Virus record (IMG/VR): IMGVR_UViG_3300030330_005553
Location: 1 to 58,181 of that record
Direction: 5' to 3' (one strand)
Source: a virus
Lineage: Duplodnaviria; Caudoviricetes
Length of the DNA: 58,181 nucleotides
Every line of letters starts with the position of its first letter. Within the stretch, counting starts at the first letter, position 1. Under the pieces are notes generated by a model. It ran no database searches. It worked only from the letters and a program-made list of their open reading frames with translations, and was not told the origin of the DNA. This document shows, one piece after another, positions 27,867-37,143 of the stretch. Both the position numbers and the translations under genes were made by a program.

Positions 27867-28195
27867 ATAAATTATGGATGGCAATACTGTTTTCAGCACT
27901 AGGACAGATTTTTTCTTGGTTTCACATGCAAGGTCAATTTAAATATGAATGGGCTAGGTCTTGGTGGTGGATTATTCTTGGTGGGATACCAATCAGTGTA
28001 TTTTTTTATTTTAGTACACGATGGATGTATGAATACTTTGAAAACTATTGGTATATTCGTCCAATTGGTTTCGGACTATCTACAATTATATTTGGAACAA
28101 TGACATGGTTAATTTTATATGAAGTACCTGATACAAAAACAATAATAAGCTTGTTTTTAGGAATTATTATAATTATATTACAATTATCAAAATAG
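27863..28195 (+). CDS. Small multi-pass membrane protein (SMR/DMT-like)
   Basis: 110 aa, about four hydrophobic segments. Confidence 0.55.
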   Translation: MNKLWMAILFSALGQIFSWFHMQGQFKYEWARSWWWIILGGIPISVFFYFSTRWMYEYFENYWYIRPIGFGLSTIIFGTMTWLILYEVPDTKTIISLFLGIIIIILQLSK

Positions 28196-28202
28196 AGGTT
28201 AT

Positions 28203-28556
28203 ATGAGCAAAAAAACAAAAGATGTTGTTACATTAATGGAGAAAGAATGGCCAGTAATGACAGCAGAGTTCAGAAAGTTACAACGAGAACAGTATGAGTT
28301 ATTTCTACACAAACAACATGATTATGGTCCTGGTAATATCTCAGTTGGGACACAGTTGAAGAACGAAGAAGAGATTAAATTATCTCTAACGGGTCTTTGG
28401 TTCAGAATGAATGATAAGTTACAAAGAGTCAAAACATTATTGATGACAGGTAGGGACTCTGCTGTAAAGGATGAGCCATTGGAAGATGCGTATTTGGATG
28501 TTAGTAATTATGGAATCATGGCTACAATCGTTGGTCGTGGAAAGTGGGGTAAATAG
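28203..28556 (+). CDS. DUF1599 / nucleotide-modification-associated domain 1 protein
   Basis: KQHDYG, RMNDKLQR, EDAYLDVSNY. Confidence 0.7.
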   Translation: MSKKTKDVVTLMEKEWPVMTAEFRKLQREQYELFLHKQHDYGPGNISVGTQLKNEEEIKLSLTGLWFRMNDKLQRVKTLLMTGRDSAVKDEPLEDAYLDVSNYGIMATIVGRGKWGK

Positions 28557-29155
28557 TGAATACACATTGGGGAGCAAAGAAAGAAAAAGCACCAAGAAAG
28601 GCTGGTAATCAAGCAAATGAAAAACACATATCGGTACAAGACAATAAAATATACTTTTACTCTGGTGTCAATCGAAATGCTTGTGTTGAGTTGAATAAAA
28701 AAATTGGTGAATTAGAAGCAAAAAGCTTGACTTTATCAAATACTCTTGGTATATTACCACCATCGATAAAGATATATATTAACTCAGGTGGTGGAACTAT
28801 CGTTAGTGGTATTGCTTCAATGGATACCATGTTAAGATGTAAGGTGCCAATTGAGACTTATGTTGATGGTTTCTCTGCCAGTGCCGCGACATTCTTAACT
28901 GTGGTTGGTGAGAAAAGATATATGAGTAGAAATTCATATATGTTGGTTCATCAGTTATCAAGCACCTTTTGGGGAACATATAGTAACTTTGAAGATGAGA
29001 AGAAAAACTTAGACCTAATGATGAAAACAATAAAAGATATTTATAAAAAATACACTAAACTACCTATGAAAAAATTAGATGAAATACTAAAACACGACTT
29101 GATGTGGGACGCGAAAACTTGTTTAGAGTATGGGATGATAGATGAGATCGTATGA
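28556..29155 (+). CDS. clpP: ClpP-family serine protease
   Basis: INSGGG, catalytic SASAA, VHQ, HDLMW, YGMIDEI. Confidence 0.85.
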   Translation: MNTHWGAKKEKAPRKAGNQANEKHISVQDNKIYFYSGVNRNACVELNKKIGELEAKSLTLSNTLGILPPSIKIYINSGGGTIVSGIASMDTMLRCKVPIETYVDGFSASAATFLTVVGEKRYMSRNSYMLVHQLSSTFWGTYSNFEDEKKNLDLMMKTIKDIYKKYTKLPMKKLDEILKHDLMWDAKTCLEYGMIDEIV

Positions 29156-30015
29156 AATCAATATCCCACTCACAGTTTAGCGCCTATAATGAATGTAATC
29201 TGAAGTGGAAACTTCGTTACATAGATAAACTTAGTAAGAATACAGGTAGTATTCATACCGTATTCGGAACTGCTATGCACAATACATTACAGGCATATCT
29301 AACTGAGTTTTACAATAAGTCGATCAAATCAGCTGATTCTATGGATTTGACCACTATGTTAAAAGAAGATATGATTGCAGAGTTCTTAAAGATACGAAAG
29401 AAACATAATGTGGATATATGTAACCAAAAAGAACTAACAGAATTCTATGAGGATGGGGTGGCAATAATCGAAGGATTCAAGAAGGATCGTCACAAGTATT
29501 TCATGAAGAAGAACTACGAGTTAGTGGGTATTGAGCTACCTATCTTTGACAACATTCAAGAAGGTGTTCAATTTAAATCTTTCCTAGATGTAGTGATTCG
29601 AAACAAGATAAATGGTAATGTTAAAATAATCGACCTTAAAACATCAACTCGTAGCTGGACAAATTTCCATAAGAAGAATTTCTATAAAACATCTCAGTTG
29701 GTATTGTACAAACAAAAATACTCTGAGAAGTTTGGTGTTCCATTGGATAAGATATCTGTCGAGTTCTTAATACTAAAACGCAAGGTAGCAAAGAAGAGTG
29801 ATTGGCCTATCAGTAGGTTACAAAGATTCGAGCCTGCTCATGGTAGTGTCACTCTTAATAAAGTTAACAAAGCTTTCAACGAGTTTCGTGAACTTATATT
29901 TGATTCAAAAGGAAACTACAGAACTGATAGAACATACAATGCCACTCCTGGTAACGCTTGTAGGTTTTGTGAGTTTGTTAAAACGGAGCACTGTGAGTGG
30001 GGGAAAATCCTTTAA
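29152..30015 (+). CDS. PD-(D/E)XK Cas4/RecB-like nuclease
   Basis: SHSQ...C, GTAMH, FLDVV, IIDLKT, QLVLY, CRFCEF...C (Fe-S-type Cys set). Confidence 0.85.
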   Translation: MKSISHSQFSAYNECNLKWKLRYIDKLSKNTGSIHTVFGTAMHNTLQAYLTEFYNKSIKSADSMDLTTMLKEDMIAEFLKIRKKHNVDICNQKELTEFYEDGVAIIEGFKKDRHKYFMKKNYELVGIELPIFDNIQEGVQFKSFLDVVIRNKINGNVKIIDLKTSTRSWTNFHKKNFYKTSQLVLYKQKYSEKFGVPLDKISVEFLILKRKVAKKSDWPISRLQRFEPAHGSVTLNKVNKAFNEFRELIFDSKGNYRTDRTYNATPGNACRFCEFVKTEHCEWGKIL

Positions 30016-30413
30016 GAGTAGGGATCGTTGGTAGTCGTAAGTACGAGAACCGAAAGAAGATAAAAGACTTTATATTCAAATTAAAGAATGAAAAGGGATC
30101 GGATACAATAATAGTAAGTGGTGGATGTAAGACAGGCGCTGACAGATACGCTAAGAAATATGCTTTAGAACTTGGATTACAGTATCAAGAGTTTCCACCA
30201 TTTCATGACAATTGGAATATCTATTGTCCTAAGAATAAAAGTGATTATGGTAAACCGTATAACATCAAGAACTTTTTTGCTCGTAATAAGATAATTGCTG
30301 CTTACTCACATTATGTTGTGGCATTTGTTCCACGAGGTGTTGAATCAAAAGGTTCATCAACAACAATAAATTATGCTAAAAAGTTTGGAAAAAAAACCAT
30401 CGTTATAGATTAA
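29997..30413 (+). CDS. SLOG-superfamily protein (DUF2493/YspA-like)
   Basis: IVGSR, VSGGCKTGAD, FARN, SKGS...A. Confidence 0.8.
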   Translation: MGENPLRVGIVGSRKYENRKKIKDFIFKLKNEKGSDTIIVSGGCKTGADRYAKKYALELGLQYQEFPPFHDNWNIYCPKNKSDYGKPYNIKNFFARNKIIAAYSHYVVAFVPRGVESKGSSTTINYAKKFGKKTIVID

Positions 30414-30433
30414 ATATATATATTTATGTATAT

Positions 30434-30631
30434 ATGAAGAAAGAAATAAAACTAACATCGGTAAAGATTATAGAAAGTCTTTATAATAATTTCAAAGTAA
30501 GAACCGTGAATTCAAATATGAATTTACAAAAGCTAGTAAACAGAGCAATTCATCAATATCTAAATGATGAAGGTGTCAAAGAATCAATTGAAACATATGA
30601 TAAATTACATTTAAGTGGGAGTCAATTTTGA
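30434..30631 (+). CDS. Ribbon-helix-helix-like DNA-binding protein
   Basis: 65 aa; LTSVKI strand followed by two helices (LQKLVNRAIHQYL). Confidence 0.55.
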   Translation: MKKEIKLTSVKIIESLYNNFKVRTVNSNMNLQKLVNRAIHQYLNDEGVKESIETYDKLHLSGSQF

Positions 30632-30843
30632 GAGGTTTATTATACAAAGCGCTAGAAGCTTATCTACAAGGTAACATAGAGAAACATGTTGCAAATGTAA
30701 AACTACAGGCAGAAAATACTAGGGGTGTGGCAGACCATCCTGATCAGATTGCTACCATTGAAGGTGAGTTAAAAAAGATCGGTGAGTTTGAAGAGAAACT
30801 ATCAGTTCTGAGAAAGTATTTCAAAGAAAAAGAAATTCTGTAA
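30628..30843 (+). CDS. Hypothetical phage protein
   Basis: TTG start overlapping previous stop; GVADHPD motif; coiled-coil tail. Confidence 0.65.
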   Translation: MRGLLYKALEAYLQGNIEKHVANVKLQAENTRGVADHPDQIATIEGELKKIGEFEEKLSVLRKYFKEKEIL

Positions 30844-30861
30844 CAAAAGGTAAATGGTTAT

Positions 30862-32226
30862 ATGAGTAAGAAAAAGAAAATATTATTACTGTCCGATGAT
30901 CTGAGGATGCACAGTGGGATTGCCACAGTGTCTAAGGACATCGTGATGGAAACACTCAATGAATATGATTGGGTTCAGATTGCTGGGGCTATCAAACATC
31001 CTGATAAGGGTAAAGTGCTTGACATGTCTCAAGGATTAGAAGATTTTGGAATTAAAAATGGTTATCTAAAATTATATCCAACTGATGGTTATGGTGATGG
31101 TCCTTTATTAAGAGAGATAATGGCTATAGAAAAACCAGATGCCATACTACATTATACAGACCCTCGTTTTTGGATTTGGTTGTATAAAATGGAAGCAGAG
31201 ATACGAAGAGATATACCAATATTCTATTACAATATATGGGACGATTTACCAGATCCACAATATAACACATTATACTATAAAAGTTCTGATTTATTGATGT
31301 CAATATCAAAACAAACTTACGGTATAAATAATAGATTATTACCTGAGTATGAGGATTGGCAAACAACATATGTACCACATGGTATTTCACAACGTAGGTT
31401 TTATAAACTTGAAGATAACGATACTGATGTGTTAGCATTCAACGATAAGTTTGGATTCGATGACAAGAAATTTAGGGTTTTATATAGCAATAGAAACATT
31501 CGTAGAAAAATGCCTGGTGATGTGGTGTTGGCATACAAGTATTTTGTAGATGGTTTACCAGAGGAAGAGAGAGATGATTGTGTATTGATATTTCATTGTC
31601 AACCAAGTGATCCTAATGGAACTGATTTACCACGAGTATGTAGACATCTGATTCCAAACTATAATGTTGCCTTTACTTATGATATTAATGGTAAACCATT
31701 TGATGATAATCTAATGAACCTATTGTTCAACTCTGCTGATGTTTATGTAAACATGGCTTCTAATGAGGGATTTGGTTTGGGTAGTGCTGAAGCACTTACA
31801 GTTGGAACACCAATCATTGTAAACATGACAGGTGGATTACAAGATCAATGTGGTGTCAGAGATGATGATGGAAACCTATTGACACCAGATGATTATATTG
31901 AATTTGGTAGTAACCATAGGGGTAAGTATAAGACTCATGGAGAGTGGGTAAAACCTGTTTATCCAGCGTCAATATCTTTACAAGGTTCACCACCGACTCC
32001 ATATATTTGGGATGATAGATGTAATCCTGAGGATGTGGCTGTAAACCTCAGAGAGTTTTATGACATGGGTAGAGAAGAAAGAAAACGACTTGGTGCTTTA
32101 GGCACTAAGTTCTGTAGAGAAAATCAAATGACGGCAACTGCCATGGGTGATAACTTTATCAAATCCATGAATAGTGCTTTTAAAAATTGGAAACCTAGAA
32201 TTCGTTATACCATGGAGAAAGTATGA
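30862..32226 (+). CDS. GT-B (GT4-like) glycosyltransferase
   Basis: HSGIAT, VPHGI, NRNIRRK, EGFGLGSAE (EX7E), TGGL. Confidence 0.88.
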   Translation: MSKKKKILLLSDDLRMHSGIATVSKDIVMETLNEYDWVQIAGAIKHPDKGKVLDMSQGLEDFGIKNGYLKLYPTDGYGDGPLLREIMAIEKPDAILHYTDPRFWIWLYKMEAEIRRDIPIFYYNIWDDLPDPQYNTLYYKSSDLLMSISKQTYGINNRLLPEYEDWQTTYVPHGISQRRFYKLEDNDTDVLAFNDKFGFDDKKFRVLYSNRNIRRKMPGDVVLAYKYFVDGLPEEERDDCVLIFHCQPSDPNGTDLPRVCRHLIPNYNVAFTYDINGKPFDDNLMNLLFNSADVYVNMASNEGFGLGSAEALTVGTPIIVNMTGGLQDQCGVRDDDGNLLTPDDYIEFGSNHRGKYKTHGEWVKPVYPASISLQGSPPTPYIWDDRCNPEDVAVNLREFYDMGREERKRLGALGTKFCRENQMTATAMGDNFIKSMNSAFKNWKPRIRYTMEKV

Positions 32227-33584
32227 AGAAACAAGTATTGATGTGTGCTCCCTTTAACACCCGTAGTGGATACGGTGATCATGCTCGCTCTATCTTTTAT
32301 TCAATTATGGATAGAGAGGATTTTGAAATTAAATGTGTTGATGTCAGATGGGGTGAGACTCCAAGAAATCATCTTGATCCTAAAATACCAAAACATAAAA
32401 GGTTACTAGATACATTTATAGATGGTAAGAATATTCAACAACCGGATATTTACATTGATATCAGAATACCAAATGAGTTTCAAACTCCAGCAAAATTTAA
32501 TATTGGAATAACCGCTGGGGTAGAAACAGATGTGGTTTCGCCTGAGTTTATCATGGGATGTAATAAAATGAATTTAAATTTAGGGACATCTAAGTTCACC
32601 ACTGGTACTTTTCAAAGGTGTCAATATGATCAAACCAAAGAAGTAAATGGTCAAAATCAAGTTGTTGGTCAGGTAAAATTAGAAAAACCTATGGGTGTTT
32701 TATCTGAGGGTATTGATACCACTATATACAAACCGATTAAAGATGCTGGTAAGAGTGATGATCCATTTAAGAAAGAAATCTATGATATGATTAATGAATC
32801 ATTTGTATTTCTACATGTTGGTCAGTGGGGAAAGGGTAAGTATGGTGAGGATAGAAAAAATATTGCTGTGATGATTAAATGTTTTCTTCAAGCATTTGCT
32901 AATCAACCCAACCCACCAGCACTGTTATTGAAAACAAATGGTGCTGACTTCTCACATTTGGACAAAGATGATGTGATAAAAAAGATACAAAGAGAAAAAG
33001 ACAAGTTTAAATCTGCTGATAGTCTACCAAATATCTATCTCCTACACGGTGATCTAACTCTTGAACAGATGGCTTTATTATATAATCTTCCAAAGATAAA
33101 AGCCATGCTGAGTTGTACTCATGGAGAGGGTTTTGGTAGACCTTTGGCTGAAGCCACTTGTTGTGATCTACCAGTAATTGCTACAGGATGGAGTGGACAG
33201 ATGGATTTTCTTAATGAAAAACAATCCACCTTAATTTCCGGTCAGTTGAAAGCAGTTCCTAAAAGTATAATATGGAAACCAATTGTTGTAGAGCCAAGTA
33301 AATGGTTTTGTGCCGATGAAGGTGATATAATAAGAAAACTTAGGTTTTTCAAAAAGAACCATAAGAAATTGAAGCATCAGGCTAAAATACTTGGGCAAGT
33401 AAATCGTAGTAAACATTCACTTGAGACTATGAAGAAAGAGTTTAATAAAATTTTAGATAATGTTATTTCACAAATTCCTGAAACACCTCAACCGATGTCA
33501 CTAAAACTACCTAAATTAAAAAAGAAAGGTTCGAAAACACCACCAGCTAAAATTAAACTACCTAAGTTAAAAAAGGTGACTTGA
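32223..33584 (+). CDS. GT-B (GT4-like) glycosyltransferase with basic repeat tail
   Basis: SGYG, DRKN, EGFGRPLAE, ATGWSGQMDF; ends with two KLPKLKK. Confidence 0.88.
   Translation: MKKQVLMCAPFNTRSGYGDHARSIFYSIMDREDFEIKCVDVRWGETPRNHLDPKIPKHKRLLDTFIDGKNIQQPDIYIDIRIPNEFQTPAKFNIGITAGVETDVVSPEFIMGCNKMNLNLGTSKFTTGTFQRCQYDQTKEVNGQNQVVGQVKLEKPMGVLSEGIDTTIYKPIKDAGKSDDPFKKEIYDMINESFVFLHVGQWGKGKYGEDRKNIAVMIKCFLQAFANQPNPPALLLKTNGADFSHLDKDDVIKKIQREKDKFKSADSLPNIYLLHGDLTLEQMALLYNLPKIKAMLSCTHGEGFGRPLAEATCCDLPVIATGWSGQMDFLNEKQSTLISGQLKAVPKSIIWKPIVVEPSKWFCADEGDIIRKLRFFKKNHKKLKHQAKILGQVNRSKHSLETMKKEFNKILDNVISQIPETPQPMSLKLPKLKKKGSKTPPAKIKLPKLKKVT
33504..33575 (+). repeat. Direct repeat AAACTACCTAA(A/G)TTAAAAAAG encoding KLPKLKK twice
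   Basis: 33504-33524 and 33555-33575, one mismatch. Confidence 0.8.
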
Positions 33585-33997
33585 TGTTCTTAGAAGTTCA
33601 ATGTCCTTTGTGTTTGGAAGATGGAAGTGATATCGATAATTCTCTGATATTACTTGGTGATGATCAACAAAACATGCAGTGTACAAACTGTGGTTTTGCT
33701 TCTAATTCAAAATACAAAGGTGAGATAGATGATATCCTAGAAAATTATCCTGATGATTTTATCGGTGTTTGTAGGAAAGTGAATGACCGATGGTGGATAC
33801 CAGCAATATACAATACAGAGAGGTACATGATAGCACCTAAGATCGTGGAAGATAAACTAACATGGGTGATAAGAGATCAATCTATTTTGAATGCTGAGGA
33901 TGTTTCAATGCCAACATTTTACGATGCTTATGTCGTAATACAAATGATGGAAACAAGAAGTGGCCAAGTACAACAACAAACGAGCGATAACTCTTAA
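33581..33997 (+). CDS. Zinc-finger hypothetical protein
   Basis: CPLC...CTNCG. Confidence 0.6.
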   Translation: MMFLEVQCPLCLEDGSDIDNSLILLGDDQQNMQCTNCGFASNSKYKGEIDDILENYPDDFIGVCRKVNDRWWIPAIYNTERYMIAPKIVEDKLTWVIRDQSILNAEDVSMPTFYDAYVVIQMMETRSGQVQQQTSDNS

Positions 33998-34412
33998 AGA
34001 AACTGTTATATCTAGTGGTCAAATACTAGAGGGAATGGTTATATCATTCAGATATAAAGATGGGTTTGATACAAATCCACTGGTGTTAGTTTTATATAAT
34101 GATCGAAAGACAAAAAAAATAGAGGGTATAAATCTTAATTATGTTACAGTTCGTAGAATAGAAAAATTATTTGAATCCATAAAAGATGAAAATGTACCAT
34201 TGAATATGGATGAGATGATTGCTGGTGAAGATAGGGACATAACTCGTGTTCAATTATCATCACGAAGACGAAGTGGTAATATAACACCGAAGAAATTTTA
34301 TAAAGAAATAGTTAAAAGTGATACACAAGTCAAAGTAGCCTATAGAAGTTATAAACTAGATAAAGTTAGTTCCATAAAAGCAATCGATGTAAAAAGAAAG
34401 GTAGCACTGTGA
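33960..34412 (+). CDS. Possible DNA end-protector (T4 gp2-like)
   Basis: FRY...DTNPLVLVL...GINLNY and YRSY resemble the gp2 family. Confidence 0.5.
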   Translation: MAKYNNKRAITLKETVISSGQILEGMVISFRYKDGFDTNPLVLVLYNDRKTKKIEGINLNYVTVRRIEKLFESIKDENVPLNMDEMIAGEDRDITRVQLSSRRRSGNITPKKFYKEIVKSDTQVKVAYRSYKLDKVSSIKAIDVKRKVAL

Positions 34413-35047
34413 AGATAAGTTACTCTATGTTAGTTCACAATGAAGATAAGACTTTAGAAAAATTATTGAAGTTTTTAGTCAAGTGGAAAGATGAGGGCGA
34501 TGAGATTGTCATACTCGATGATTATTCTGATAATGAAAAGACCAAACAGATATTAGATTTCTATGTATCAGCATATGACATAGTTTATGAACAGAGAAAT
34601 CTATTGGGTGATTTTGCTTCACAAAAGAACTATTTAAAATCAATGGGTAGTGGTGATTATAGTTTCAATCTTGATGCCGATGAGATGGTAAGTAGATGGC
34701 TTATTCAAAATATTCATGAGATTATAAATGGTAATGAAGGTATAGATTTGATTTTATTGCCAAGAATAAATACCGTAGAAGGAATAACAGAAGAACATTG
34801 TAGGATGTATGGATATAGATTAGATGAAAATGGGTGGGTAAACTTTCCTGATTGGCAAGGTAGGATATTTCGTAACAGACCAAATATAAGATGGCAAAAG
34901 AAAGTCCATGAACAGATAACAGGTTACAAAACTTATGCTACTTTACCAACAGATAAACCATTTTGTATTCTACATCCTAAGACAATAGAAAAACAAGTGG
35001 AACAGAACAGATTTTATAACGAAGAAATAAGTGGAATAAAAGTATGA
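34409..35047 (+). CDS. GT-A (GT2) glycosyltransferase
   Basis: VHNE, LDDYSD, LDADE, PDWQGRIF, VHE. Confidence 0.88.
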   Translation: MKISYSMLVHNEDKTLEKLLKFLVKWKDEGDEIVILDDYSDNEKTKQILDFYVSAYDIVYEQRNLLGDFASQKNYLKSMGSGDYSFNLDADEMVSRWLIQNIHEIINGNEGIDLILLPRINTVEGITEEHCRMYGYRLDENGWVNFPDWQGRIFRNRPNIRWQKKVHEQITGYKTYATLPTDKPFCILHPKTIEKQVEQNRFYNEEISGIKV

Positions 35048-35952
35048 GAGTATTAATAACAGGTGGTGCTGGTTTTGTCGGTACTAATTTAATTAAAAGA
35101 TTATTAAAAGATGAACATGAAGTAATATCTGTGGATAATTATTCTACAGGTAAATATGAAAATCATCAAAAAGGTTGTGATTATTATCGGAGAGATTTGT
35201 CCGATAGTCATTGGTGGAGTTTAGTTGATGAGTGTTTGTGTGAAGTTACTTGTGAATGTAATATAAAACCTGTAGACATAATATATCATTTAGCAGCACT
35301 TGCTAGAATACAACCATCATTTGATGATCCACTTAGAAGTTTTAAATCTAATTGTTTAGGAACACAAAACTTGTTAGAGTGGGCAAGAAAACATAACACA
35401 CCAGTTGTTTACGCTGGTACATCATCTGTACATGGTGATAAGTTAGCTAATCCATATACATTTACAAAATGGCAAGGTGAAGAGATAGTTACGATGTATA
35501 ATAAATTGTTTAATTTGCCAACGACAATTTGTCGTTTTTATAATGTTTATGGTCCACATCAAATAACAGAGGGTGCTTATTGCTGTGTGTTAGGTATTTT
35601 TGAGAGACAATTTTACAAGGGTAATCCCTTAACTATAACTGGTGATGGCGAACAAAGACGAGATTTTACTCATGTAGAAGACATTGTTGACGGTCTTATA
35701 AAATGTGGACATGGGTTGTTAGATGCTCGTATGATAAGTGGTGAGGTATTTGAACTAGGTAATGGTAAAAATTATTCTATTAACGAAATCGTTGATGCTT
35801 TTGGAGATTACCCAAAAAAATACATAGACGCTAGACCAGGTGAGATGAGGAAGACTTTAAACACTGATACAAAGGCACGAGATGTTTTAGAGTGGAAACC
35901 AAAAAATGATATATTAAACTATATTAGAGAAAATTATGAAATACAAAAATAA
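35044..35952 (+). CDS. NAD-dependent nucleotide-sugar epimerase/dehydratase
   Basis: TGGAGFVG, HLAA, YTFTK, RFYNVYG, RDFTHV. Confidence 0.9.
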   Translation: MRVLITGGAGFVGTNLIKRLLKDEHEVISVDNYSTGKYENHQKGCDYYRRDLSDSHWWSLVDECLCEVTCECNIKPVDIIYHLAALARIQPSFDDPLRSFKSNCLGTQNLLEWARKHNTPVVYAGTSSVHGDKLANPYTFTKWQGEEIVTMYNKLFNLPTTICRFYNVYGPHQITEGAYCCVLGIFERQFYKGNPLTITGDGEQRRDFTHVEDIVDGLIKCGHGLLDARMISGEVFELGNGKNYSINEIVDAFGDYPKKYIDARPGEMRKTLNTDTKARDVLEWKPKNDILNYIRENYEIQK

Positions 35953-36130
35953 AGATGGTATTGAATTAGCATATGAAGGTCATAAAAAAGACATAGCAGT
36001 TCAGTTAGTAAAAAGTGTAATAAGAGAGGCAATCAGAATTGGAGATTCTAATAACAGCATAAATTCTTGGACAAAGGTAAGAAGGTTTCTAATAGATAAT
36101 TTTTCTGTAGGAGATAAAAATGGCACATAA
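35936..36130 (+). CDS. Hypothetical protein
   Basis: Coupled ORF within operon. Confidence 0.6.
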   Translation: MKYKNKDGIELAYEGHKKDIAVQLVKSVIREAIRIGDSNNSINSWTKVRRFLIDNFSVGDKNGT

Positions 36131-36132
36131 AG

Positions 36133-37143
36133 ATGATTAAGATAAAGTTATGTGAACATCAAGTTCATAGAAATGAAACAACATTTAGACCATTTCTTAT
36201 GGCACAAAACTTGTTTCGTGATGTTGGTATAGAGTTTACCAATTCTGATAGTTATGACTACGCCTTTGTTGGTCAAGCTAGTATTATAGATAAAAGCAAG
36301 TCACTTCAAGAATCTGTTGATAAGGGGTTAGAATTTGTATCAAAAATTACAGGTGATTATTTTATAGTAGATGGTCAAGATTCAACATCTTTGATAGGAA
36401 CGATAGATGTTTTCAGAGAGTCAAATGCTATGCTATTTCTAAAGAACAGTTATCTCAAAGACTTTGATTTATACAAACAAGGTTGGGTTAATGGTAGAAT
36501 GTATTGGGGAAAGGGAAATTATTCTGTACCAGATATTGATGAGCTTAAACCTAAGATGAAACTAACTGGTTGTAATTGGTTATCCACGATGAATCCACAG
36601 TGGTACAGTAATTTTATTGAAAAAAAATATGATGTATCTTGTATGTTTGGTTATCCAAGTAAACAAAAAGTATATGAGCATAATCTTTGTCAAACAGATT
36701 ATTATGATTTACATAGAAAAAATTTATTAAATATAATAAGTGATAAGTACAGTTTCGTAGGATTGGAAAATGGTCAAAAAGTTTCAATGGATGAATATTT
36801 TAAAAAAATGGCAGAGTCTAAAATTGTGATGTCACCACTTGGGTTTGGTGAGATGAACCCAAGAGATGTACAGTCTGCTATGTTAGGTTCTGTATTGATT
36901 GAACCTGATATGAGTTACATTTTATCAAAACCATTTATATATGAAGATGATGAAACATATATAGCAGTAAATTATGATTGGTCAAATTTAGAGGAAAAGA
37001 TAGATTATGTTTTGTCTGATTATAATAATATACGAAATAGATTAGTTTATAATTTTAGAAAATCTTTTATCGAGAAATACGATGCAAAAAATTTAGTGAT
37101 ACATTTTTATAACATATTAAAAGACTTGAACGATGGAAATTAG
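36133..37143 (+). CDS. Putative glycosyltransferase (GT-B-like C-terminus); paralog of 51105-52121
   Basis: SKIVMSPLGFGEMNPRD...LIEPDM...DWSNL. Confidence 0.6.
   Translation: MIKIKLCEHQVHRNETTFRPFLMAQNLFRDVGIEFTNSDSYDYAFVGQASIIDKSKSLQESVDKGLEFVSKITGDYFIVDGQDSTSLIGTIDVFRESNAMLFLKNSYLKDFDLYKQGWVNGRMYWGKGNYSVPDIDELKPKMKLTGCNWLSTMNPQWYSNFIEKKYDVSCMFGYPSKQKVYEHNLCQTDYYDLHRKNLLNIISDKYSFVGLENGQKVSMDEYFKKMAESKIVMSPLGFGEMNPRDVQSAMLGSVLIEPDMSYILSKPFIYEDDETYIAVNYDWSNLEEKIDYVLSDYNNIRNRLVYNFRKSFIEKYDAKNLVIHFYNILKDLNDGN

Noticed and set aside
29152-30015. CRISPR-Cas system suggested by the Cas4-like gene
   Set aside because: No repeat-spacer array or other cas genes seen
35227-35262. Cys-rich insert DECLCEVTCEC in the epimerase as a metal site
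   Set aside because: Irregular spacing in a variable loop; unsupported without homolog alignment
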